From Malacoraja senta (taxonomy: Eukaryota), in assembly GCA_038087875.1 (NCBI GenBank), contig CM075990.1:9736001-9800000 (forward strand): 64,000 nt of DNA, read 5' to 3'. The notes beneath the pieces were generated by a model. That model was not told where the DNA came from, did no database searches, and saw nothing but the letters and a program-made list of their open reading frames with translations. How positions within the stretch are numbered: the stretch's first letter is position 1; each line of letters starts with the position of its first letter. The translations under genes were made by a program, and so were the position numbers. Shown here in pieces: positions 48,178 through 60,215 of the stretch.

Positions 48178-50166
48178 CCTTTGTGATCAGGCCAAAACCA
48201 ATGATGGGTTTCGCGGCAATTATCTTAAAGTAGACTGATGCTGGGACTAAAAACTGATATTGCTACTAACTGAATGTATAGTAACTCTGTAAAAGTTATC
48301 ACATATCAGTTGTGATATTGAGAACTGATAGTGCATTTAATGATTAGTATAAATGAAAAATGATGAAGGCTTGAGATAGAATTATATAAATTATAAAATA
48401 GAAAATATTTGGTTATTATTTAGAAATTAAGTTTGAAGTTCTGATGCTGGATGTAGCAACTGCACTGCTGTCCTGCAGATGTACATAATTATTGCAATTT
48501 TGCAATGTAATCTGACCAAGTAGTCTCTAGACACTGATAATTTGGATCATTACATTGAGGTAAAATGTGAAACATCTCTACTACAGTAGAATGATCTGAA
48601 TGCATTTTATAGTTTACATGTTGTTAAGTTGTACCAGAAATTTTGCAGTACACAATTTAATTCGCCCATTTAAAATTAAAATCAATTGTTGAAATATTTT
48701 GTATTAAAATAAGTACAAGGACCACCTTTGTGATGTTTCTTAACAAAAACCTCAAAATCTATTTAGGGCTTGATGGTTTCAACATCTCAAAAAAATGATC
48801 TTAAAAGTTTGAATCTAGCTACAGGATGTTTGAAATAATGATAGAAAATGCTAGAAATACTCACCAGGTCAGGCAGTACCTGTGAAGAGAAAATGGGTAA
48901 CATTGAGGTCATCAATCTGAATTGTTAACTCTTGTTTGTCACTTACCGGATGTGGCCTGATCTACTGAGTATCTCCAGCATCTGTACTGGCGATGGATGT
49001 TTAATGTTTTCATCTAAATTTTCTTTCTAATTTATCCAAGGTGTTGCAAATTTGATTTGTTAGGTTACTGGTTTTACAAATAATGGAGCAAGGAATTGGA
49101 TGGATCAGTAAGGTTCAGTAGAATCTCAGTTATTCTCTGAACCCTGTTGTTCTTTCAGTATGTATTTCTGCAGCAACTGATCAACTTCACGTGCAGGAAT
49201 CTCAGATGTTGGAACTCGAAGTGTATTAAAAGATAAACCAGTGTGCAAATTCAGCTTTCTGTCCAGCTTTAATGCAATCCTAATTTGTTTGGTTGCATAC
49301 TTGGTTTCTTGCCAATTGTGAACAAGTTTTTATTTTTGTAACACACATGTAAGAGCAAAAACACATTGACATTCACTGTCTTGTGAAAATGTATATAATA
49401 GAAACTCTATTTGATTTTGGATCTAATGTTAGAGTATGGATATTGTTTCACAGAGGGCCACCAGGGCTAAGATGCTGCTGGACACACAGAATAATGAAGG
49501 ATGGAGGTTAAATGTAATTATTGAAGTGTGTGTGTGTTCTCGGACATTGAGCTTGAGTGTGATGATGTGACAAATAGTGGAAAAGGAGATTGGATGTATG
49601 AAGATCGGATAATTAGCAGGACGTTAGAAGGCAATGAGATGGCCATATTCAATGGGTTCCAGCCCCCAATCATCTGCTGGACCCAGAGGAGCTTGCCTTC
49701 AATTTCCTCTTATTCATCTATTATTTTTATGATGTGCATTATACTGCTTTGCGGAAGTTTGTAAAGCCTTGCCAATTTTCCAAACTGCTAAAGATCTATG
49801 TGAAGTGTCAGCAGTCAATGCTTAATATAAGCTGTTGTAATGTCTTCTGTTACATGGAAGTAACTGTTCCACCAGTGAGAGGAAAGTTCTTTTCTGCTGT
49901 TCACACCCTTGTGTATATCTTGTAAAGATTACTGAAGTCAAAAGTTACTGGTGTACAGTTGTGGAGTTGAAGAATTTATTGCAGAAAATGGTTTACAGAT
50001 TTTTACTGTACTTTCATACTTGTCTGCTTAGAATGCTTGATATTATTGCTAATGTATTCTTGTTAAAATGTGTACAGCTATTACAGCCGATGAAATGTGA
50101 ACTGGAAAATGTATGTACCAATTGGTATTTAATTGCAGTGCTAGGAAATGCAACTCATATTTTTGC

Positions 50167-50172
50167 AATAAA
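50167..50172 (+). promoter_or_regulatory. Candidate poly(A) signal for USP54 (3' UTR of about 2 kb)
   Basis: AATAAA after a repeat-poor, TGTA/AT-rich UTR-like stretch, with T-rich sequence downstream. Earlier ATTAAA hexamers also exist. Confidence 0.45.
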
Positions 50173-51761
50173 GTATCCAAATGTGCTTAGACTAGTCATT
50201 GATCTAAACCTGATAATGTGCCAAAGGTTAAAACATTTTTCTCTTTCCCTTTTGTGAATTGAGATTGGTAAAGAGGGCTTATTGATGAACTGCACAGATC
50301 AAGAAGAAAGAAGTTGTCTTTCATTTATAAAGCTCTCAAAGATTCTTCGCATTCAAAGTGCAGTCACTTGTTACACAGAGCAAGATGGCAAGTAATTTGC
50401 ACGCAACTAGGACTAGGTGAATGAACAGCTAGATTATCATTAGTGAGTCAATTGACATCCAAATGTAAGCCAGGATACTGAAAAAAAACCTTAGTAGTCT
50501 GAGGAAATATTGTTCATGGTATTTAAGCACCGACAAGGCCTTGGTTTATGTTTCAGCTCGGAGAATATAGTTCTCCTTCAGAACTACAATGATTCTGATC
50601 GATACGTTTAGAATAGTTAGAAGCCCACAGGATTGATCAAATAATAGTTGTGGTGTGACAATTAAGTTATCTCACAAATAATCCATAGACTTGAATTCAA
50701 ATCAACCTTAGTTGCTGTGGAACTAATATACAGTTTGCTAATGCTGATCACAAAATTATCAACGATGATCACAAAACTATCAGCTTGTTTGAAATAGTTA
50801 TGTGCTTTACCAATGTCAGGGGAAGAAATGTGCTGTCCTTACCCGTGTGGCCTGAAATGCCTCCAGACCTACCAATATTAAGCACTCTTTGAAATTGCCT
50901 AGCAACACACACATTTCAAAGGTGAAGGGAACAGGCAAATTCTGGTCTTGTCAGTATACTTAGGTGCCCAAAAATTATAAATTAAAAGAGAGATATATAA
51001 ACGAGGGAAAATTGGCCAAGATACAAATTGGAACAATGCCACAAACGAATTGTACAACCACTTAGCAAAATTCAGAGTTCAATTTTTTAATTAATCTTAA
51101 AATGTACATGAGCGTGTTTCACACAACTTGTGATCCTGTGTCACACAATGCTTAGGTCAAAGAACAAAGTTTCAGGGCTGCTTGCCACGTTTACAATCAG
51201 AATATCATGTTAGGTGGGGTGATTTGGCATGCAAATGTATGGTAACTAATCTGCAAGGAGTTTCAGCAAAGCTCCTCATTGAAATGTGTTGGGCTCAATT
51301 CAGCAGGTTGGGGAGAGAGGTGCATGTTTAAGAGTACCTTAATTGCCATTTAATTAACAGATATATAGCAGGGCTACATTTCCCCCCCTTTTTAGACATT
51401 TGATGTTTCTTTTTTATTGGCCTATTAAAATAAGAAATGCCTAGACTTCATTATCTGCACTTTAAATCTGTTCACAATAAACTATTGAGGGAATAACTGT
51501 TGTAAATGTAATTAGCATCCACAATATTTTGAGATCTCAGTGGTGGCTCAACTGTTTCAACTCAAGATGATTGGCAAGAGCTAGGCTGACATCTCATGGC
51601 AGAGAGCATGCCGGATTAACTTTGATGTGGTCTTTCGGAATGGCTGTCTGAGTGGTACCTGAAAAATCAGATGACACTATCAAAGAAGCAGAGAGCGTTT
51701 GCTAAATTTCCTAGTCAATATTTGTCTCAACTAGACCTGCTGGAACAGATTATTGAATCTG

Positions 51762-53143
51762 AATGCTGGAGAAACTCAGCGGGTGAGGCAGCATCTATGG
51801 AGTGAAGGAATAGGCGACGTTTTGGGTCGAGACCCTTCTTCAGACTGATGTCGGTGGGGGGGGGGGGAGAAAGGAAGAGGCGAAGGCTGTGGGAGAGCTG
51901 GGAAGGGGAGGGGAAGGAAAGAGAAAGCAAGGACTATCTGAAATTGGAGAAGTCAATGTTCATACCGCTGGGGTGTAAACTACCCAAGCAAAATATGAGG
52001 TGCTGCTCCTCTAATTTGCAGTGGAACTCACTCTGGCCATGGAGGATGCCCAGGACAGAAAAGTCAGATTCGGAAAGGGAGGGGGAATTGAAGTGCTGAG
52101 CCAACGGGAGATCAGTTTTGTTATTGCAAACTGAGCATAGTTATTGGGCGAAGCGATCGCCAAGCCTGCGCTTGGTCTCACTGATGTAGAGCAGTTTACA
52201 CCTGGAACAGCGGATGCAGTAGATGAGGTTGGAGGAGGTGCAGGTGAACCTCTGCCTCACCTGGAAAGACTGCTTGGGTCCTTGGATGGAGTCGAGGGGG
52301 GAGGTAAAACGACAAGTGTAGCATTTCCTGCGGTTACAAGGGAAAGTACCAGGGAAGGGCGTGGTTTGGGTGGGAAGGGACGAATTGACCAGGGAGTTAC
52401 GGAGGGTAGGGTCTCTACGGAAAGCAGAAAGGGGAGGAGATGGGAAGATGTGGCCAGTGGTGGGAACCCGTTGGAGGTGGCGAAAATGTCGGAGGATTAT
52501 GTGTTGTATGCGATGGCTGGTAGGGTGGAAGGTGAGGACAAGGGGGACTCTGTCCTTGTTACGAGGGGGGGATGGGGAGTGAGAGCGGAGCTACGTGATA
52601 CAGAGGAGACCCTGGTGAAAGCGTCATCAATAGTCGAAGAGGGGAACCCCCGTTCCCTAAAGAATGAGGACATCTCCAATGCCCTGGTTTGGAACACCTC
52701 ATCCTGGGTGCAGATGCGGCGTAGACGGAGGAATTGGGAGTAAGGGATAGAGTCCTTACAAGAAGTAGGGTGGGAAGAAGTGTAGTCCAGATAGCCATGG
52801 GAGTCAGTGGGTTTATAGTAGATGTTGGTCAGTAGTCTGTTACCTGCGATGGAGATGGTGAGGTCTAGAAACGGGAGGGAGATGTCGGAAATGGTCCAGG
52901 TGAATTTGAGTGCTAGATGGAAGTTAGTGGTGAAGTGGATGAAGTCAGTGAGTTCTGTATGGGTGCAGGAGGTAGCACCAATGCTGTCGTCAATGTAGCG
53001 GAGCTAGAGTTCGGGGATAGGGCCACGGTATGCCTCGAACAAGGATTGTTCGATGTACCCTACAAAGAGGAAGGCATAGCTGGGGCCCATGCGCGTCCTT
53101 TGACTCCTCCCATTTCCACCAAATCCAAGGCGTAGCTATGGGG
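51762..53143 (-). mobile_element. 5'-truncated Penelope-like element (RT C-terminal half + GIY-YIG), degenerate, with a 48-bp 5' inversion
   Basis: Minus strand: TRMGPSYAFLFVGYIE..., LRYIDDSIG (RT), FTCTSSNLIYCIRCSRCKLLYISETKRRLGDRF (GIY-YIG), then the terminal repeat; stops and frameshifts present. Confidence 0.88.
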
Positions 53144-53293
53144 CAGAAACCTCTTATCCTATGCATGCCATTTAGGACTTTTCCAACTATTAGGTTAAAA
53201 TTGAATTCCATATTTAAGGAGAGCATTTCTCTCTTTTGTCTCATCACCATTGTCTCCCCAATCCAGCTCAATGTCCTTTCTTCAACCATAAAG

Positions 53294-54331
53294 TAGGTAT
53301 GTTACAAAACTTACCTTCAGCGGCGCTGCAGTTCTGTCACTGGCCGTGTGTGTGACTTTGGCGCCTTTGAGGAGGGGGGCGGGATTAAAATGCCGTTTTC
53401 TCCTGCCTGTCCGAGATATATTTTCTTGGGCTGCTACCTGATGCTGAAAATTCGTTCCGACTGCCGTTCTCGGAATTTTTTTTTAAAACCCCGCGGGACA
53501 ATTTCAGCGCTGGAGTAAAATAAAAAGCGTCAACGCTTCTAACGCAGGCAATGGAACGGATCTCACGTACGGGACAAAGCAAGGTAAGTCGTCTATTTTA
53601 CATATAAACTTGCTTCTTAGGATGACTTTAATCAAAATTTCACGTTGCGAAAATGTGATTTGGGCCCCATACGAACCGGCAGTGTTTTTACTGCCGATAT
53701 GGGGTTTAAATTCACCGCAAACCGCAACGTTCCAATCGATCGCGTTCCACAAAAACCCACTCGCAAGATGATTAAAATGGCCATTCATTTACGGGAATTA
53801 AACAATAAATTCCTTCCATTTGGCCTATAAATTCATGACAATGAGATATAAAAATCATGTTATATTGTGAATTCTTGTGTGAATGTTATTTGGACACTAA
53901 GGCTATTTAAAAATGTTAACCTTTTCTTAAGAAATGGATAGATGTTTAGATCTAGTAATTGAATTTTGTAATTAGCTACAATTAGGTAACTAACTAATTA
54001 TATGCTTTAATTTCAGGTCATCCAAGTAAGATTGTTTCATATTTGTTTCAGAATGCTTCAATCTATAATAACTGAACATTTCTTCCAGTTCTCTTAATTT
54101 TTAAGAAAGTTATGGGCTTTTGACTGTCCTCGATCACAGTTTTTGAGTTAAGTCAATGGAAAAGTAATAGGGAACAAGATGCTAATTTCAGAGTATGAAA
54201 ATGGCCATAACTTTTTTAATACTGGATATGAAAGTGAATTAGGTGTCAAATTAAACTTCTTTTTATGCTTTATCTGATGGGATAAATTGCAGACTTGATT
54301 TTTAAAATCTCAAAATGTTGTAACATTGCTG
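53294..54331. mobile_element. Probable non-autonomous DNA transposon (hAT-like), ~1.04 kb
   Basis: Imperfect TIRs TAGGTATGTTACAA / TTGTAACATTGCTG (11/14) flanked by direct repeat CATAAAG (53287-53293, 54332-54338); CpG-rich left portion, no transposase ORF. Confidence 0.55.
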
Positions 54332-54879
54332 CATAAAGAACATTAATTTTTGGCATAACGAGCAGCTTTTCACAGCTGTTCTCCATTGGGAATTGTTTCA
54401 GTTTTTCCTTTTAGAAGAATAACCTTGTCAATTCCAGTTTTAATTGCAACTCCAGTTTACTGACTACTCTTCTCTGACTTTGGCAGCTTTGCCCTGAGGT
54501 GTCAGCTCCATCACAGAATATTAAGCGTGAAATGCCAAATAGTTCAAAGCTTCCAGATGACAATCCTCTGAGGATGTGGCCTTCTGAATAAAAAAACCTA
54601 CTGTGAAAGATAAATATCTTCATAAACAACTGAACTTCTCATTTGCATGATCGGGTAAGTAGACACATTTCAAGAGGTAGTTGATGTTCTTCAATTCTCC
54701 ACCAGATTGATGCTAAAGAACCATAGTTTTCAGAAAATCACAGGCCACGCCTTTGTTTTCCACTGCCATCCTCATGAAATTCAGGAAGACTTCTGTGTAA
54801 CTGCTCCATTCACCACATTTTTACAGGCCATTTGGTTTATTTACAGATACATGTGAAGCTGAACCTTCAATAACCTGAT

Positions 54880-55079
54880 NNNNNNNNNNNNNNNNNNNNN
54901 NNNNNNNNNNNNNNNNNNNNNNNNNNNNNNNNNNNNNNNNNNNNNNNNNNNNNNNNNNNNNNNNNNNNNNNNNNNNNNNNNNNNNNNNNNNNNNNNNNNN
55001 NNNNNNNNNNNNNNNNNNNNNNNNNNNNNNNNNNNNNNNNNNNNNNNNNNNNNNNNNNNNNNNNNNNNNNNNNNNNNNN
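54880..55079. other. Assembly gap (200 N)
   Basis: Run of n characters. Confidence 0.99.
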
Positions 55080-55084
55080 AGTGG

Positions 55085-55800
55085 ATGTATGCCAGCCAGT
55101 CCTGTCACTGGCATGGGGTTTCATTTCTTTTGGCGGCTAGGCCTGCATGCTGGAGGTGGTCCTTTATGCAGTCTTTGAACCGTTTTATTGGGCTTTGACC
55201 CTGTGACAGAACTCTGCAGGAGTTGACGAGACATGTGGGATTCATCCATCCGGATCACATGGCCTGTCCCATCGAAGCTGGGCCTTTATGATCATTGCTT
55301 CGATGCTTGTGAAGCCAGACCGGTCCAGCACTTCCTTGTAGGTAACCCTGTAACGAATGCTCATGATGGACTGCAGAGAGTGCACGTGGAATTTCTCAAG
55401 CTGGCAGATGTGTTTCCTGTACAAGGTCCATGTTTCACATCCATACAGCAAGCTGGAGAGTACTACAGCTTTGTAGATTTTCGGACTAGTTGACAGCTCG
55501 ATGTTATGGTGGTTTAACACCTGTGCTTGGAGTCGACCAAGTACTTGATTGGCCTTGCTGATCCTGGGCAATATTTCCTTGTCCAGCGAGCCATCAGAAG
55601 ATATCACGCTGCCCAAGTACTTGAAAGCATCAACTGTTTTCAGCTGTGTGTTCTCAATGTGTACACATGGTGGTGGCACTGAAGAGCCTTGTGCTGGCTG
55701 GCTGGTGGAAGACCTCTGTCTTATTGAGACTGATATTAAGACCAAACAGCTGTGCCGCTTCTGCAAATCTGGACACGATAAATTGGAGATCAGACTCCTT
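55085..55800 (-). mobile_element. RTE-clade LINE RT C-terminal fragment
   Basis: FKYLGSVISSDGSLDKEI..RISKA...IYKAVVLSSLLYGCETWTLY...QLRW (ORF 55242-55832 minus). Confidence 0.85.
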
Positions 55801-55999
55801 GTGTGCCATGAGGGTACAATGCCATAACACACCCAGTCATTTCACATCGTGCCACACCACTCCCTTTATTCACCTGTTACATACCTATTCATGACACACC
55901 CACTCGATTACATGCCCTTCTTCTTGAACAGTCCCTCAGGATCAAGGATGATTTGCTTCCATACCAGTTTTTAGGATTCAGAAATGACTGATTCGGATG

Positions 56000-56100
56000 A
56001 AGATAAACACAAAATGCTGGAATTAATCAGCAGGTCAGGCAGCATTTCTGGAGAAAATGGATACGTGAAGTTTCGGGTTGGAACCCGTCTTCAGACTGAT
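56000..56100 (-). mobile_element. Penelope terminal-repeat fragment with hammerhead-like motif
   Basis: Minus strand reads CTGAAGA-C-GGGT[TCCA]ACCC-GAAAC at 56070-56094. Confidence 0.65.
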
Positions 56101-58559
56101 TATAGTAGATGGCCGCGGGGGGGGGGGGGAGTGGTCACTGGAAGCGAGAAAAAAATACAGACAAATCGGTACCGGCAACAGTTGACCTGAGAATGAGGCT
56201 GTTGTCTGAACCACAGATTCTTCCACAGACACCACAGGAGATTCGCTCTTATTCACAGAAGAGTTTTAAACTCTTTCTGATCTTCAGTCTTTTCTGATCA
56301 CACCATGGAACGATAGAAAGTTATGGTGTAGTAAGAGGCCAATCAACCCAGTCCAGCCAAAAAATGATCTATTTAGATTACTCCCACTTTGTAGCTCGAG
56401 GACCTTTGTCTTGAAGGTTACATCTCCTTACGTTATCCACAGATCTTTTAAATAGGGACCGTTTCTGCCTTAAATCATATTTACAGGACTCATCTTCTTT
56501 CCATTCCAGTTCTCCTTGAGTCAAATGCATGTCCAACCCTTTATGGCCATCTTTTTCCCATCACAGCTTGATCATTGGTTGCCACGCTAACACTCTACAT
56601 TTACTGTACCTCAATAAATGTATAGGCTCTTAGCTTTCAGCCTAGAGCTAAACATGTAGAGGAACACATGAATGATTTCTTCTAACATCATTAACTCTTG
56701 TTGATCAGCTTGTATATGGGTGTTTCCGTAAATAAGGGTACCAACCTGTGACATGGGTGTCCAAATTTGAAAGATATTAAATTATAACAAAATACCACAG
56801 CATTGAAAATGGGCCTACATATGATCCTTTTGAGCTAATTTGTGATCAAAATCGACCAGAATTTGACCAAACTTTAATACTTTCAAAATTTGAAATATAA
56901 ACAAGAAAAAAACATTATTTATAAATTTACATTTTCTTTTAATATACATAAATGAAGAAGAATATAGTAACCTTTTCATCAAATTCTATGTTAATTTACT
57001 CAAAATTTGCCCAGAACCAAAAGCATCTGTGTAGACAGGAGCATACTTTCAACGAGGCATGTCATTATCTGGGACCAGATCACTTTCGATTCCCTTCGCT
57101 ATAGTGCACACACTTTACAACAACATAGTAACAAGCAATGAAAGTTTAACAGAATTTAAACATTTATATAGTAAACAAGACGTAACATTTACTAGAAAAG
57201 AACGAAAAAGTGCAAAAAGATTTTTACTAACCAATGATTCCAAGCAAAAAAAAGTGAACAGTGTTATTCAGAGCAGTGAGCTTACAACGTCTCTTATACT
57301 GATTTCTAAGCTCCCTTACAAAATGTCGGCACGTAACCCACCACGAGGCCCGTAGTTCAGGTCAGGGTTATTACAATAAGGCCTTGGGTTTAACCAGATA
57401 TGTTTTCAGAGAAAGCACGTTCTCTCTCATCTCTTCATTGTTCCGCTAGGTTTGTTTCCATCCCTAATCTGCCTCACAGTTTAATTGCCACAGGCAGATC
57501 TTCTGAACAATTCCCAATTCAGAATTCCATGATCAATCAATTTTAAACAACCAAATCCTTCAGATTAATTTTATTATCAGCCTCTGGCTTGATACTCCCT
57601 TCCCATTTTCAGAGGGCTTCACAGACCATTAACAGCTCCTGTAATATGGCCATGTCAAAATATCTGTTAAGGCTGAAAACATTGTCGATTTTTCTATTTC
57701 ATGATGGTTGTACTCCTGTACTCTGAGCAGTCAATTGGACTTTTCATTAAAACTGACCCCAAACGTTTACTCTGCTTCCATTTCTAAAAATGCTGCCTAA
57801 CCTATTGAGTGTCTCCAGCGCTTTCTGGCCTTATCGCTGGCACCCATGTACTGAATAGATGGAAAAAAATAGAAAAGATGGAATTTTGACTTAATCTGGT
57901 AAGTACAACCTTTAGAAGCATTTGTAGGCTGATGTTTGGAATGTTTGGTCCGGTGTTTTCTCTTGTAGTTGCTATTTGGATTGGAACAGCAGGGGGGGCT
58001 ATTGATGGCTAGTGGGGAATTATTCACACAATGAAAACCTGTTGGGTTGCAGAATGACTGAAATAATAAATTGACAATGCTTAGGAAACTTACACTTAAA
58101 ATAGACATAACTAATTAGCTGCTAACATCACCTGCAAAATCTGGTCTTTTGGAAAGTTTGGAACTGAATTGTATTGGGCCTGACACTGCTACATATTATT
58201 TCCTCGGATTATTCAGTGGGATAGGCAGCACGGCACAATAATGAACATTTCCTCTCGTAACCAAATAGCATGTATTAATTAACTGTGTTCTAAAAATTAC
58301 TATTACTTCCCCAATTTTATTTGGAATTCACTCTGTTACTGATTTATTAGAGATGTTTTTTAAAAAAGAGGACAAACATGTAGACAAAAAAATCCAGCTG
58401 CTAAAGGCTTCCAAAGTTAGGCAGGGAGTCTGTGTTCATTCCTAGTGTTTTCACCAAATAATAAAGGCTGAAGCATCTGTATACAAACAACACTTATGCT
58501 CTATGAAACACTAGCATCGATCTTCCATCATTATTTTCATTCTTCTTTGACAGTCTGAA

Positions 58560-58960
58560 CATAAGACATGCTGTATGAGTAGAATTAAGCCATTCGGCCC
58601 ATCGAGTCTACTCTGCCATTTGATCATGGCTGATCTATTTTTCCCTCTCAACACCATTCTCCTCATAATCTTTGACACTCTTACTAATCAAGAACCTATC
58701 AATCTCTGCTTTAAAAACAGCCAATGTATTAGCGTCCACAACCATCTGTGGCAACGAATTCCACAGATTCACCACCCTCTGATAAATTCCTCCTCATCTC
58801 CATTCTATAGGTACGTTCTTGTATTCCAAGACTGTGGCCTCTGGATCTAGACTCTCTCATTACTGGAAACAACCTGACCACATCCACATCTATCTAGGTC
58901 TATCATTTTCTGGTAGGTTTCAATGAGATCCCCCCTCAACATTCTAAATTCCAATGAGTT
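58560..58960 (-). mobile_element. CR1 3' fragment
   Basis: gccattcggcccatcgagtctactctgccatt...gaattccacagattcaccaccctct; a related copy lies at 63660-63890. Confidence 0.75.
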
Positions 58961-59879
58961 CTGACCCAGAGCTTTTTAATGGAAAAATATCCAACCTCCA
59001 CTTCCAGACAAGATCGCTCAGCATTTGTAGCTGAGCTAAAGGGCCGAGATAATGCTTGCATTAGTACTTGGTCTAGCACCAAATCATTATTGATTAATCC
59101 ACTGAAGTAAAGAACAGAATGGGCTTTGTACACAATATCTGCAAAGCAAAGGTACTATACTAATCTGCCACACTTTAACATCATGCCCTCTGTAAAAAAA
59201 ATGGTTCATGGTGAGACCCTGAAAATGAGGTCCATTTCCCTTTCTTTGAGAGCCACTTTTCAATGAAGGCAGTGGTGAATTTCATCATGTCTCCTTTACT
59301 GAAAGGTAGCACCTGAGGTATGGGAAGTGATTCTATATTATCAGGCACTAGCTGCCCCATCTGGGGTAAAGATTGCTGATCCCACATTGATCTCATCAGT
59401 TACCTTAGAATCCATTGTGAAGCAAGTCACCCATGACCTTGAAAAAATGCTTAAGATGACCCCAAATCCTGCTGATTGGAAATAGTGATCACTGACATAC
59501 AATTGCTTTCAGCCTCCTGCCTATAACACTTGCACTAAATCAAGCTGTATTCACAGCCTCTCTTCAGTCTATATCCCAGGCAAAAGAATACCTCCTGCAA
59601 AACTGCAGTCTCTTGTGGAGCATTCCCCCATGTCTCAAGAAGCCAAGCCTCTTGGCAGCATTTGTGTCTCAAATTATCACATTATATGGTGAATCTAATT
59701 TCTCCTACACCCTAGATGCTATTCAGAGAAATATATTCGCTGAAAAAACACCCAGCCAGAGAAGATATTTAGAGTTGATTAAATACTTGGTTAAAGAGAG
59801 GAGTGTTAAAAAAGCTGTTAAAAGTTTCAGAGCAGTGGAGAGGTAAACTAGTCTGAGGACAGGAATTGTAGGCTTTAAC

Positions 59880-60215
59880 ATCGTGAAGCCTGTGGTCTTT
59901 GGTAAGAAGAGGCCGACTTGGGAGCTCCATGCTGCGGAGAGAGTTTGAACAGCCCCGATGCAGGAGTTTCGATCACACCGGGAGCTTCGATCGTCGGCTC
60001 CAGGCGGTTTGATTGCCCCGACTGCAGAAGAACAAAGAGGAAGAAGATTGAACTTTATTGCCTTCCATCACAGTGAGGAATGTGGAATTCACTGTGGTGG
60101 ATGTTTATGTTAACTTTTATGTGGTTGTGTGTCTTGGTGCTTTTCACTTAGTAGGGCAACCCAAATATCACTGTACCTTAATTGATACGTGACAATAATC
60201 TGACCTTGACCTTGA
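59880..60215 (+). mobile_element. SINE or non-autonomous LINE with Rex/L2-type tail
   Basis: CpG-rich short repeated units (tttcgatc / tttgattgccccga) and a cactgtacc...gtgacaataa...(CCTTGA)n end. Confidence 0.5.

Noticed and set aside
47819..48238. 139-aa ORF overlapping the last USP54 exon in another frame
   Set aside because: Non-ATG start and no recognisable motif; likely chance
52144..52743. 199-aa plus-strand ORF and neighbouring ORFs
   Set aside because: Antisense to the Penelope RT/GIY-YIG coding strand
54821..55124. ORFs containing X runs
   Set aside because: Artefacts of the 200-N gap
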